Source: Octopus vulgaris
Lineage: Eukaryota
Length of the DNA: 64,000 nucleotides
Assembly: GCA_951406725.2 (NCBI GenBank)
Contig: OX597824.1
Span: 35,960,001-36,024,000, forward strand
Direction: 5' to 3'
A program made the position numbers and the translations under genes. The first letter of the stretch is position 1. Each line of letters starts with the position of its first letter. The notes beneath the pieces are model-generated. The model did no database searches. It was not told where the DNA came from and saw only the letters and a program-made list of their open reading frames with translations. Shown in pieces: positions 1-12,945 of this stretch.

Positions 1-8
1 AGACAGAC

Positions 9-78
<70 letters not shown>
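1..78. repeat. (AGAT)n/(AG)n microsatellite
   Basis: Directly visible tandem repeat. Confidence 0.95.
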
Positions 79-79
<1 letters not shown>

Positions 80-776
80 ACTGTATACGCGTTTTCTTTC
101 GGGTGAACATTTCTGTGTATAGTTCTGTGAAATATGTTTGTAACGCGACAGACTATGCTGAAGAGTTGCAGATATTTGCATTTTGCATTATGCAAGTGTT
201 GACAACGATATCAGGATACGTAGGTAATCGTCTTATTTTGTATATTTTCATTTGTCTATATTTTCATGTCTATATTTTCATTTTGCATTCTGGCGTTTTT
301 GCTGAGGTTCTTCTTGTGAGCGCACTCTACGTGGTAAGGCGATTTGACGTCTATCTTTAGCATATTAGGAATCCAAATCCACTTTAGTAGTCATTCCTCT
401 TATTAATTGTAATATAATTTTTAAATCTTCGGATTTTTAAAAAATATGCTAGACCACTGGTTCAAATTGATGTTAATTGATTGATATCAATTTCTACCCT
501 CATTATTTAATTTAAAATAGCAATGTTCCCTCACCGGTTAATTAGCTGTGGTAATTTATTATCTGCAGAGTTATTTCCGCTCTCAGCGCGCCAAAAGGAA
601 GACATTTAGAAGTTACACTCAAATATAATTTGCAGAACTGTACACGCGTTTTCTTTGGGTGAACATTTCTGTGTATAGTTCTGCGAAATATGTTTGTAAC
701 GCGACAAACTACGCTGGAGAGTTGCAGATATTTGCATTTTGCATTATGCAAGTGTTAACAATGAAATCATGATACG
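78..776 (+). repeat. ~142-bp direct duplication (78-220 and 635-776)
   Basis: Both copies run gaactgta(t/c)acgcgttttcttt...gcattatgcaagtgtt...gatacg with few substitutions. Confidence 0.85.
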
Positions 777-1922
777 ATGCGACCCTCAAGCATTAACCTG
801 CCGATCGGCGTCGTAGACTGAAGTCATACTGAAACGTGGTGCCTCTTTGTTTTACAGTGTTTCTCCCGTTTTCATCGATTTTTACGATGGCTGAAACGAA
901 AGGACAGCGTGCTTCAGTGAAATTCTGGGTTCTGGGAAAAACGGTGGCTGAAAACCTGGTCACGCTTGAAACAGCTTACAAAACCTCTGCCATGAGCAAA
1001 ACACAAGTTTGTGAGCGGTTTCCACGCTTTAGAAATGGTCACTTATTACTTGAAGACCAATATTGTTCAAGGTAAACGTCGACCTCCCGAACGGATGAAA
1101 GCATCACGAAAATTCATGAACTCGGAGGACCGTTGCCTAACAGTTGAACTTGCTGATATGAGTGGTGTGTCCTGAAGTTTCTAACGAATTTTGAGCGAAG
1201 AATTGCGAATGAAAAGCATTGTAGAAAAATTGGGTCTCACTTGCACATGCGCGTCGTGAACTGAAGAACTGTTGGAATTTGATCAGGACCATTTTTCGAA
1301 GGTTATCACTAGTGACGAAAGCGGATGCTACGGTTACGACCCGGAAACGAAGCAGCAATAAAGTCAGTGGAGACATTCAATGTCCCCACATCCCCAAAAA
1401 GCGTGTCAAAAGTTCAATGTCAAGACGATACTGATTTGCTTCATTGATAACGAAAGGAATTGTCCACACAAAATTTATTCCTCCTGGACAACCTGTTAAC
1501 AAGACATTTTCTTAGCAGTTTGCAAGACGCGGTGAGACGAAAACACTCCGACCAGTGGCAAAGTGGAGAATGGTGGTTTCATCACGACAATGCACCTACG
1601 CACACCACCGCCTTGAGTGTGAAACAGTTTTCGACCAAAAGCGGCATGACCCAGCTTACCGACCCTCCCTATTCACCCGATCTTGCTCCCAGCAACTTTT
1701 TTTTCGTTCTCTTGAATTAAAGAGGTCCTTAAAGGAAAACATTTTGCAGATGTGGAATAGGTGAAGAAAGAAACAACGAAGGCGTTAAAAGCATCATTTA
1801 ACAAGAGTTCTAGGACATTGCTTCAAATGGAGAATACTGTGAAGGCGATAAAAGTGTAAACATGTAAAACTAAGTGAATAAAATAATATTGCAAAATCCC
1901 GGTTTCTTTGAGGTGCTCCCTC
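775..1922 (+). mobile_element. Degenerate mariner (Tc1/mariner) DNA transposon with transposase pseudogene
   Basis: From ATG 887, MAETKGQRASVKFW...MSKTQVCERFPRFRNG (HTH); later WWFHHDNAPTH and PPYSPDLAPSNFF motifs across frameshifts. The right end reads ...gctccctcg-TA and the left end TA-cgatgcgaccctcaa (decayed TIR). Confidence 0.9.
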
Positions 1923-1976
1923 GTATATAAACATAAACATAACGATAACTCTTCTCAACGTAAACATAACGACGTA

Positions 1977-2014
1977 AGAAATTTGAAAAGCTGAACGCGA
2001 AACCGGTCATTTCT
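1977..2014 (+). ncRNA. Degenerate minimal type I hammerhead-ribozyme-like motif
   Basis: agaaat-TTGAAAA-gc.tgaac.gc-GAAAC-cg-GTC-atttct. Stem I (agaaat/atttct), the GAAAC box and the GUC triplet are intact; the first core box differs from CUGANGA at two positions. Confidence 0.5.
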
Positions 2015-2221
2015 TCTAAATTATGTCATTGTAAGAAAAAAATTTATTACATTCTTCAGACATATTGACTCAAATATATATTTTTTAACCTTTTAAAACA
2101 AGCCTTCTGTAGTTTTTTCACTTTTTACTATTTTCTATATATATATATATATATACACGGGTATATTTTTGTGCATATGTGCATATGTATATATGAATGT
2201 ATGGATACATATATATAATAT

Positions 2222-2267
<46 letters not shown>

Positions 2268-2270
<3 letters not shown>

Positions 2271-2520
2271 AGATGAGAATGTGTGCGTGTCTGTCTGTGT
2301 GAATCCCTAAAACTCGAGAGCTACACAATCGATTTCAATCAAATTTTACACATGCTTTACTTAGGGTTCATACAGTGTCATGGGCCAAGAAATTTCAACT
2401 TCTTGCCTAACGCGAGCCCAGAGCAATCTCTATCTCTTACACTATTTCAGTATTACGTGTCAGATGTGAAACAATAACATCTCTCCATTGTAATGTGAGA
2501 TACTTTCAGTTTAATAGTTA
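2268..2520 (+). mobile_element. Non-autonomous Helitron-like 5' portion
   Basis: tcaagatgagaatgtgtgcgtgtctgtctg...aaaactcgagagctacacaatcgatttcaatcaaaattttacac resembles the 5' ends at 3505, ~50100(-) and 55453. Confidence 0.45.
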
Positions 2521-3041
2521 CAATATTTCAGTATTATTTCCTACAGACTCTTAAATCGTTTCTGAAACGGCTGTAGGTTTGGACTGATCCTTTCAATCGC
2601 CCTCCTTTAATCTATTCTAACTATATTTTCTACTTTCATGGTACTCCTTATAGTTTTTATGTTTATAATCTCATATTTCTATACCATCTATGTCTTAATA
2701 TAAATATGTAGTTATTTGAAGGGAATAATATCTCATGTCGTATATCTGAATTATGGATTTGCTTGTCTGAAAGTTTAAGACTAATATCTGAAATTTTTAT
2801 CTTATACCAAATTTTATTAATCATTAGCTGATATACGAGCGAAAAATCAGTTGTACTATATACTGGAGCCTTATCTCCATTAAAATTCTCGTATTCAATG
2901 TATAAATATATGTATGCATGTATATATGTGTATATATATATGTGTACATATATATGTATGTACATATGTATATACATAAATGTATATGTAATATGTATAC
3001 ATATACATACACATATATACATGCATACATATATATATATA

Positions 3042-3405
3042 GGTGCAGGTGAGGCTGTGAAGTAAGAAACTTGGTTCCAAAGCACATGGTCCTGGGTTCA
3101 GTCCCACTGTGTGGTAACTTGGCATGTGTCTTCTGCTTTAGCCTCTAACCAACCATAGCATTGTGAATGGATTTGGTAGACAGAAACTGAAAGAAATCCA
3201 TCGTATATACATATATGTATATATGTAAGTGTATTTGTGTCTGTGTTTCTCCCTCATCATTACTTGACAATTGGCGTTGCTTTATTTACATTCCCATAAC
3301 TTACTGTTTTGACAAGAAGAAACCGATAGAATAAGTACTAGGCTTATCAATTAAAAAAAAAACACTGGGGCGGATTCATTCAACAAAAAAAATTCTTCAA
3401 AGCGG
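3042..3405 (+). mobile_element. tRNA-derived SINE family A, degenerate copy
   Basis: Aligns by eye with the intact copies at 3909 and 56760 (ggttcagtcccactg B box, ccgatagaataagtactaggctt). Confidence 0.8.
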
Positions 3406-3504
3406 TGTCTCATATTTTTGTTTGCCCACTCAGTTGTAGCTATCAATCTGTCTGTGTGTGTGTATATATACACACACATATACATGTATGTATGTGCATA
3501 TATA

Positions 3505-3900
3505 TCTATTATATGAAAGTCAATGTCTTTATGTGTGTTTGCGTGTTACTTATAGACTCGAAAACTAATGCACCGATCATTATGAAATTTGGAAATTATA
3601 TTCTATGCATAAGGACAGTTGTAATGCAGGATATGATTGAAAGTAAGGGGACATAAATGAGGTCATAGCCCTCATCTATTTTTGCTGTTGATGAAATTTT
3701 AACCATAGATATTACACACAATTGAAGTAATATTCCTAAAATTTCAACTTCTTGGGAGTTCAGCAAGACCCCTTAATGGGGACTTAACCCCCACAATCTA
3801 GTCATTTTTCCTAAGCTAAGACGAATACAATTGTAGTCTTGCAAGCAGTAGAGTCACCCGAGCGTACAAGATGAGCGTTATTTGTAATTCAATGGGTCAA
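3505..3900 (+). mobile_element. Non-autonomous Helitron-like fragment
   Basis: Starts TCtattatatgaaagtcaatgtc...ctcgaaaactaatgcaccgatcattatgaaatttgg, similar to other Helitron-like 5' ends in the window. The 3' end was not identified. Confidence 0.4.
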
Positions 3901-3908
3901 CAGTGAAA

Positions 3909-4303
3909 GAGTGGCTGTGTGGTAAGTAGCTTGCTTACGAACCACATGGTTCCGGGTTCAGTCTCACTGCGTGGCACCTTGGGCTAGTGTCTTCTACTAT
4001 AGCCTCGGGCCGACCAAAGCCTTGTGAGTGGATTTGTTTGACGGAAACTGAAAGAAGCCCGTCGTATATATGTATATGTATGTGTGTGTATATGTTTCTG
4101 TCTGTGTTTGTCCCCCTCAACATTGCTTGAAAACCGATGCTGGTGTGCTTACATCCCCGTAACTTAGCGGTTCGGCAAAAGAAACCGATAGAATAAGTAC
4201 TTGGCTTACAAAGAAAAAAAGTCCTGGGGTCGATTCGCTCAACTAAAGGCTGTGCTCCAGCATGGCCACAGTCAAATGACTAAAACAAATAAAAGAGTAA
4301 GAG
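3909..4303 (+). mobile_element. tRNA-derived SINE family A, near full length
   Basis: Pol III A box TGGCTGTGTGG, B box GGTTCAGTC, internal microsatellite, and 3' tail gtgctccagcatggccacagtcaaatgactaaaac-aaataaaagag. Confidence 0.9.
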
Positions 4304-4899
4304 TGGGAATAATGTGGGTTTGCTAAGAAAGAATAAGTGAAGAGGAGGAAGAAAGAGAGGGATGTAGGAGATAAAGTTTATAGCCATTAGGGAACATAGC
4401 AGTGGGAATTAAATTAGTGACTTACTACTTCACAGTAAAACTATACATTCACAAATCTGTGCGTACACGCGTACGTTCACTGTGCTCCAATAGTAACCCC
4501 ATAGGTGTGCACGTACCTGCATATTCTCATGTGAAGAGAAGATGTAAAGGGATCACAGGGTTAAAGAATTGATGTTATAAATACACAGAAGAGCTTCAAT
4601 GGGGTGGGTAGGAATGCAGGAGGGTTAGTTGGGGAATAATTGGGGAGGACACTATTATTTTGTAAAAAACTTAGTGTATATCCTCGTGCACTTTTGGGGT
4701 GCACAAAGCAATCACTAGCCGTTGCTTTAATAATCCAGAATTCTACCAGTCAGAAACAACAAGACGCAGACGTAAAAGATATATATATTACTTTATTCTC
4801 TAATGTGGTAACAGTAACAATAAGTGGTTATCTGGTATCCCTTTGGTATAAATGTGTCGTGCTGAACCTTATCTCTGTAAAATAAGAAAGTGTTCAAAT

Positions 4900-5250
4900 G
4901 CAAAACGACACTGGTCAAAGATGGCGGCGAACAATGGAGACGATGTTGGTCTGCAACAATTTGGTTAAAGGCCTTTTGGTAAGGTGCTGTTAGAATCAAG
5001 TCCGGACGGAGAGAAAATATACGTGACCGTTGCCTTCAGTCGCTGCTGTCTCAAGTCGTTGGCTGCTGCTGCTAGCGGTCAAACGTTCTACGACCCCCTT
5101 GCCTTGGCTAACTGCCACGTAGGCAAAAGGGTCGTGCTTCCGGTGGTTCGCGCATGCGCGAGAGGGCCCTTCCTTTCTGTGCCTTGGTGAAGGCACCAAC
5201 ACTCGCACGCGCGAAATAGAAAATGGACGGTGCGCGCGCGCCGTTGTATA
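4900..5250 (+). promoter_or_regulatory. CpG-rich promoter-like island with YY1, ETS and NRF1 motifs and a candidate first-exon donor
   Basis: AAGATGGCGGC (4918-4928), G|GTAAGG donor at 4978/4979, CTTCCGG (5137-5143), palindrome TCGCGCATGCGCGA (5148-5161), and a CpG cluster in an AT-rich background. Confidence 0.55.
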
Positions 5251-5801
5251 GGATCACTACAATTTGTACCTTCAGAATGTATTACATAACTTGTGTTTAC
5301 AGTTAAGAATTAGGACGCTCCGTTCATTAATAGATAAGACTTCAGTGATGCAGAGATAACATTTGTTGTTATAACCATTATACGGTTTGGCATGGGTAAC
5401 GACGAACCATTTTAAATTGTATAGATCTGAGTTTTGTGTCAGGCTATGTTAGTTTCAGGCTGTTAGTTTTCACTTGAGATTTGAAGCTAGAATAGTGGTT
5501 ACCAATTCTGACCTTGAAGGTGGTGCTGTACGAGTCGATATATACATACTTAGAACCTTCCGTCAATACTGTATATTTACATGCAATATTTTTTGTGAGG
5601 CATCTATTTTGTAAGGGACAGGAGGTGGGTCATCTACAGCTGCATAGGATTGGGGTTGTGAGAGAACTGTCCGAAGATGTAGCTTATAGCAGCTCTCGTA
5701 TCGAGTGATGTTATTCCTCTAATTGCCTATTATTGGTGGTGGGTATAACCGGATCGCTTTTGACTCTATAGCTTCTGGAGGAGATACTTCAATCCTTTAT
5801 A

Positions 5802-6397
<596 letters not shown>

Positions 6398-6935
6398 TGA
6401 TAATAATATATGAACCAGAGGAACATTGAATGACATATAGGTGTGTACAATCATATTTAGCATTTTCCTGCACATTCGGACATGAAAAGACATACGCTGG
6501 GGAAATACGTTGTAAAAAAAAGTTTCGTTGTAGGCATTTCGTGTGAAAATACATACTACTTGGCTACGCCAGCTCAAAGTTTACTCGTCCTGTCGAAAGA
6601 CGCCTGTTTGTGACGTTCTGTTTTTGTTATTATTAATATCATTATTGTTTTTACGTATTTTTGTATTCATATTCGTGTAACATCGTCCGTTTTTCCGTCT
6701 TTGTTTTGTATACATTCGAGGCTTTCTTCGAAGGAATCTAATGCGCTTTGCTTAGATTTTCCTTGGCGCTGGCCAGATTGGAGCAATCTCATGATTAATC
6801 AGCCGAAATTGCGAGGATGATCCGGTTCTTGACTGAAGATTGAAGGCTTCGAATGTCCCGTCCCTGTTTTTTGTATCGTCTTCTAAATGTTTTGCGTTCT
6901 TGTCCCAGTTTGTATTTTTTTACACACACACGCAC

Positions 6936-6978
<43 letters not shown>

Positions 6979-7198
6979 CATACACACATACATACATACA
7001 TACACACACATACATAAATATATATATTTTTGCATACATATACACATACGTATATTTACATACATTTACACATACAAACACACATACACATGTATACATA
7101 CATATATACGCGCATACTTATATACATTTATTACTACTTTTCTCTCTCCGTCTAATTCTTTCCTGTCTCGCCCTGTTATTCTCTCTCATCCTCTTTGA

Positions 7199-7280
<82 letters not shown>

Positions 7281-7679
7281 GTAGCGGATATACTACGAAG
7301 ACTCACTGGCATATTTTCACCTATGTCATGCGGATCTACTTTAAAACATTGAGTACGCGTACATAGTATTTTTCTTCTGACGGTTGACTTGCCATCTTTA
7401 TCTCTCACTTATGTTGGTGATTTCGCACTTATTGCTTTATTTTGATTTTTATAGAAGATTTTCTCCCCAGCAATCTAGGAGGAGGCTAATATAGCGAACT
7501 CGTAGTTTCACCATAGTCACGTGTTATTTTGGCCAATCAAAAGTTTTGGCTCACAGTCTTCTTGTTTGTGAGAATTCTTGGGGTGCGTTTTAGTTATATT
7601 AAGCAGGTAAAATATAATCTCGTTTCATTCTGGATATTAGCTCAATACCAGCCAAACCTGTCTTTCTTGACCCGGTAGC

Positions 7680-7680
<1 letters not shown>

Positions 7681-7751
<71 letters not shown>

Positions 7752-7763
7752 TCCTTCCTTCCT

Positions 7764-7795
<32 letters not shown>

Positions 7796-7805
7796 TCCTT
7801 CCTTC

Positions 7806-7864
<59 letters not shown>

Positions 7865-7890
7865 TCCTTCTTTCCTTCTTTCCTTCTTTC
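7681..7890. repeat. (TTTC)n microsatellite
   Basis: Directly visible. Confidence 0.95.
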
Positions 7891-8105
7891 TCGCTCTCAT
7901 TTAGCTAACAATCAGCTTTTCAATTTACCTACGACAGAATAATATTGTCAGCCACTAAGATAAAAACAAGAAAAAAAAAGCGCGGTACATATTTTATATA
8001 TTTCTCTTTACAGCTGGTTTGTTATCTAATCGCGTAGATATGACTAAACTATACAAATTCCAAATTCCATTTAAATGAAAGTATTGTTGAACATTTCCAT
8101 CGCAC

Positions 8106-8652
8106 AGTTCTGCAATTTAAATTATGAAGCAGTCGTACCAATGTACACATTCATAGACACATTAACTGTGTTTTGCGAATACAGGTGTGATGTATGCCTG
8201 CATGTATGCAAGTATGCATGCTTGATTAACACATACACCAATTATCAAGGATAAATATTTGGCATAGTTAAAAAACGTTCTGTGCCGCATGAATATGTCC
8301 CTCGTTTAAGAAACAGATTGGGTTTATTTACATTTGTGAAGAAAAAAGATACCCCCACCCCTAACCTAACCTCAACCAACTCTAACCCTAAAATAGATTG
8401 AAATGCAATAGATCGATACTAGGGTCATAATTATGGGTGACAATTTCATATGACACCGCTAGAAAAAACTGCCGTTCAAACCGAAAAAATCCCAGTTCTG
8501 CAATGTAAATTATCAAGCAGACGTACCAATGTACATATTCATAGACACATTAACTGTGTTTTGCGAATGCAGGTGTGCTATATACCTGCATGTATGCAAG
8601 TATGCATGCTTGATTAATACATACTCCAATTACCAAGGATAAATATTTGGCA
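8106..8652. repeat. 159-bp direct duplication (8106-8264, 8494-8652) bracketing a half-MITE (8270-8493)
   Basis: Both flanks read agttctgcaat...aaggataaatatttggca. The intervening sequence is the reverse complement of the left half of the 8956 MITE. Confidence 0.85.
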
Positions 8653-8955
8653 GAGCTATGCAGGTAATAGAATAAAATTTTGAATTTGTGATTAAAACGG
8701 TTTTTAGATCTTTAATGTCTTATGTTTATAATATAGAAATTGAGAAGAAATGCAAAATTTATAAACAAATAAAATTTTTTAGATAATTACAGGTGGGATA
8801 CTTTATTATGTATGTGACTCTGCCAGTGTTATTCTTTATCTAAATTGAATTTTGAATTTGAAAAAGAGGCGATCATTTATAAAATGATCATACGGTTTTT
8901 CAATCAAAGCTGAGCTGCAAAAAATGTCTTAACCAAATCTCACAAGCGTCAGATT

Positions 8956-9386
8956 GGGATCTTTTCTGTTTGAACGGCAGTTTTTTCTAGCGGTGTCATA
9001 TGAAATTGTCACCCATAATTATGACCCTAGTATCGATCTATTGCATTTCAATCTGTTTTAGGATTAGGGTTAGTTAGGGTTAGGGGTGAGGGGAAGGGTA
9101 TCTTTTTTTTCTTCACAAATGTAAATAAACCCAGTCTATTTCTTAAACGAGGGACATATTCATACGACACAGAATGTTGTTTACCTCAATAGACGTCAGT
9201 GATTGGTTGAAATTGCAGAAATTGAAGAAAAAAAAACAGCAAATATCTTACAAACTATAGAATTTTCTCAATAAAGCCAAGAGAAAAAGATGTTTTATAA
9301 ACATATTCTACCAGTATACGAAGTTTAAAATTTTTTAGTTACCTAGAAATTATGTTAAAAACTGCCGTTCATACCGAAAAGATTCT
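8956..9386. mobile_element. MITE with GGGATC termini and 6-bp TSD (CAGATT)
   Basis: Left TIR gggatcttttctgtttgaacggcagttttt; right TIR aaaaactgccgttcataccgaaaagattct; cagatt at 8950-8955 and 9387-9392. Confidence 0.8.
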
Positions 9387-9809
9387 CAGATTGAGTTTAT
9401 TTTGAATCGTATAACGTTAAAACAATATGTTCTATAAATTATACTGTTCTCTTATTTTGGCGATTCTTAATTATTCTAACAAACATTATTCTCATAATAA
9501 TTTATTAGGTGCATGCAGGGTATCTAAACAATAACATACTTATTAATTTTTAATATGTTCAGACGGATTCGGTCGTGCAGCCCGTTGTTACTCGTTATCT
9601 ATTGACAAACAACTGATATTAATGTTACAAAATTAATATGGTTGTGTACGAGGTAGTTTTCCTATAAATTCCAAAGAAAATGTAGCGTAGCTCCTGCTGA
9701 GTTTTGAACCATGGCTCTTAGGTTTCCCTAGCTCAAAACCACGACCTACTGTATTGCTGTAAATAGAAAAGTGTCATCAGATGAAGTAGTAAGGGCTACG
9801 GGAATATGG

Positions 9810-9880
9810 GTCGACCAATCAGTACTGGCTGATGCAGCAAGCTTCAAACACAATGAGCGAGTTTTCCCGCCAAAAGGTTC
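9810..9880. promoter_or_regulatory. CCAAT box plus E2F-type site
   Basis: gaCCAATcag (core 9815-9819) and TTTTCCCGCCAAAA (9862-9875). Confidence 0.35.
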
Positions 9881-10947
9881 TGGAAATGTGGCTCACTGTT
9901 GTACAAAGTTGGCAAATTAAACTCAGACCTGAATCATGCAGCCGTTTAGACGAATCTATATCACTTGGCTCAGTAAATTGGTCTCTATCCAATTTCCACT
10001 TTTTTTAATTGTCGTATTCAACAAAAGACACCAACCTTAAATTTTAGTATCGAATAACAATTATTAGCAGTCATTTCATTTCCTTAATTATGCACAATAA
10101 TTATACGCTGTCATCTCAGTGACTTCTTCCTATTTCGCCTTCAATAATTTTGTCCTACTTTCACTCCTATTTGGGGGAACTTTATATATTTCTTTTTTAT
10201 ACACCACATAACCCAAAGATCCCTATTGATCGAACTTTTTCTTTGTGTGTCCCACCTATCCCACCCCGAAAAGAAAAACTCTACATTGTATTTCGTCTAT
10301 TTTCTGTGTTTAGCCCTGTGTGGCCATAATAAAAACATAATATTATCTAGCATGTTGTATGACAGAAGATACCCAATTGTTATTCCATGAATATTACACC
10401 TTCAATATATTTGTATGTACACAAGTAAATATAAAGGATGTGACTTAGTACAATGTTGAAAAAAAAACACAATTATATATTAATGTGATCACTCTTATCT
10501 TTACATGCAACCTTCATAACATTGTAAACAATCAACGATGAATATATGACTAACCACCGCACTAAAAAAATGCAAAATACGAGTTCTCTGAAATGACTCA
10601 TACCAGGCCTTTTGGGGATAGGCTTTGTATTTTCACCAAATTAAATTGCTTTTGCAATTTATATAGAGTGACTTTTTTTTTATTTAAAGGTACATTTTTA
10701 AAACCTTTTTTGATGTAGAATTCATTCTGTTATAATTACCTTTTGACATAACTAAGTTGAACAAATTGAAACATACTTTTACAGAGTTTATTATATTTAT
10801 TTGATTATGTTTTTTTTCTTTAATGAATTAAATTTAAAATGCCATAGCTTTAATAACAGCTGCTGTCCTTATTATGAAGTTATACCTGATCTTATTAGCA
10901 GTCTCTCAAAATAGGAAAGTGGAATACTGAAGATGGCAGAGAGTATA

Positions 10948-11180
10948 TTTTTCTTTACTACCCACTAGGGGCTAAACACAGAGGGGACAAACAAGGACAG
11001 ACAAACGGATTAAGTCGATTACATCGACCCCAGTGCGTAACTGGTACTTAATTTATTGACCCCGAAAGGATGAAAGGCAAAGTCGACCTCAGCGGAATTT
11101 GAACTCAGAACGTAACGGCAGACGAAATGCGGCTATTCATTTCGCCCGGCGTGCTAACGTTTCTGCCAGCTCGCCGCCTC
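10948..11180 (-). mobile_element. tRNA-derived SINE family B with 17-bp TSD
   Basis: Minus strand reads ggcggcgagctggcagaaacgttagc...gagttcaaattcc...ctttcatcctttcggggtc...aagtaccag. TSD agatggcagagagtata at 10931-10947 and 11181-11197. Confidence 0.92.
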
Positions 11181-11567
11181 AGATGGCAGAGAGTATAACA
11201 ATGATTTGGAAAGTCAGTTAAAATGGATATGAGAAAGAATGCAGTATGCATGTGTTGTAACAGTAATATCAAACATGCGTGAGTCCGCTCTAACTGATCA
11301 TGGACATTCTGTAAAGTACTGAAAGAATGATAATACTGGTTAACTAAGGCTAGTGTCCAATATACAGAAATGAACAATTTCAAATTAAGTAGAGCATCTG
11401 TTACTCTGTGATCGATCGTACATCGATCTAATAACGAATAAAGGGTATGTACTTGAAAAAAATTAAGTTATATTGAACAATATGTATGAGTATAATCAAG
11501 ATATTATTGCTCTGGACTTGCACGAGGCGTTAATTGACAGTTAAGAAACATAAGAATATGTACACAC

Positions 11568-11626
<59 letters not shown>

Positions 11627-11774
11627 TTAAGGGAATGAAGCAGGTAAATTAATCAACGACGTGCAACATTTTTGTAAATAATCGAAATGGACTTGGGATA
11701 CTTAAAAGGAAAACTGTTTGTGGACAATATCATTCAGAGCTACGGAAATTTAAAAAATACTAATCAAAATACTG

Positions 11775-12280
11775 GTGGAGGCACGTGGCCAAGTGGTTAG
11801 AGCAGCAGACTCGCGGTCGAGGGATCGCGGATTCGAATCTCAGACCGGGTGATGTGTGTGCTTATGAACGAAACACCTAAGCTCCACGCGGCTCCGGCAG
11901 AAAGTAATGGCGAACTTCTGCTGACTCTTTCTCCACAAGTTTCTCTCACTCTTTCCTCCTGCATCTTGCAGGATCGGCGTCCTGTCCAGGTGGGGAACCT
12001 ATACGCCAAGAAAACCGGGAAACCGGCCCTTATGAGCCATGCATGGCTCGAGAAGGAACAAACAATCAAAATACTGTGGAGGTGCATGGCTTAGTGGTTA
12101 GGGCGTTGGACGCATGATTATGGTTTCGATTCCTTGGCCGGGCGATACGTTATGCTTTTGAGCAAAACACTTCATTTCACGTTGCTCCAGTCTAGTCACC
12201 TGGTAAAAATAAGTAATCAAGCGATGGACCGGCGTCCCATCCAGGGAGGCAATATATATGCCTGGGAAACCGGCCCTGTG
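11775..12280 (+). mobile_element. Two adjacent tRNA-derived SINEs of a third family; the first has a 13-bp TSD
   Basis: Heads gtggccaagtggttagagc...ggattcgaatct and atggcttagtggttagggc...ggtttcgattcc. TSD aatcaaaatactg at 11762-11774 and 12064-12076. Confidence 0.8.
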
Positions 12281-12551
12281 CTCTTTACGGAGTAATGTGG
12301 TTAGGATGAAAGCCTCGGCATGCTCTCTCCTCCTACCATGGTCTGACGTGAAGGTTGTGAATTTGCGTTTGAGATCATACTGGCTTGATGAGGTTACTCT
12401 GCCATATTGGCTCGACATGGCTTGGTAGAGGGGTGTAGTTTTTATACTTTTTACCCAAGAGTAGTAATAATCTGAATGTGGTATACCAGGGGAATATTAT
12501 GGGTGCTGTAGAACTTCCCAACCGAGATCTTGAATAGCATTTCTGGACAAA

Positions 12552-12945
12552 TTAGCGATGCAGAGGCTTGAGTTTGTTTCTTTCGTTCTGAGCTAGCGGC
12601 ACCCATGCATTGAGTTTTTGAACCTTACTCATCAAGTGAAGGTGACGGGCAACGGTATCATGAGAGTATCCCATATATTGGGACAACTTGCCAGTGGATT
12701 GGCGCGGATCCTCGTGGATGAGATCGTTCAATCGGTCCATTGAACTGAACAGATCGGCTGCAACGTGGAGAGTCAGTGAGGTCGGATTTTCTCCACTTTG
12801 AAGTGTGAAGGTCATTTCTGTGCAGCTCTTTCAGTAAAAGCGTCTTCTCCATACGCAATACAAATGTCTCGAGCGGCTTTGGCAGCTTTGAAACTTTGAA
12901 AGTGAAGAGAAACATGTGTCGAAAATGCTCACTTTTTTTCAACTT
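12552..12945 (-). pseudogene. Mariner transposase N-terminal remnant
   Basis: MKKSEHFRHMFLFTFK..., LIHEDPRQST..., TVARHLHLMSKVQKLNAWVPLAQ (WVPHEL-like), split by frameshifts. Confidence 0.8.

Noticed and set aside
5460-5780. RNase H-bearing LINE relic (minus-strand VLTEGSK, cf. TDGSK)
   Set aside because: Only a single short motif, not enough to call.
9061-9090. Interstitial telomere (TTAGGG-like)
   Set aside because: Only a few degenerate units, internal to a MITE and mirrored in its other copy at ~8360-8390.
11775-11850. tRNA gene (also the SINE A and B heads)
   Set aside because: A and B boxes are present but run into SINE bodies, some with TSDs. There is no complete cloverleaf or Pol III terminator.
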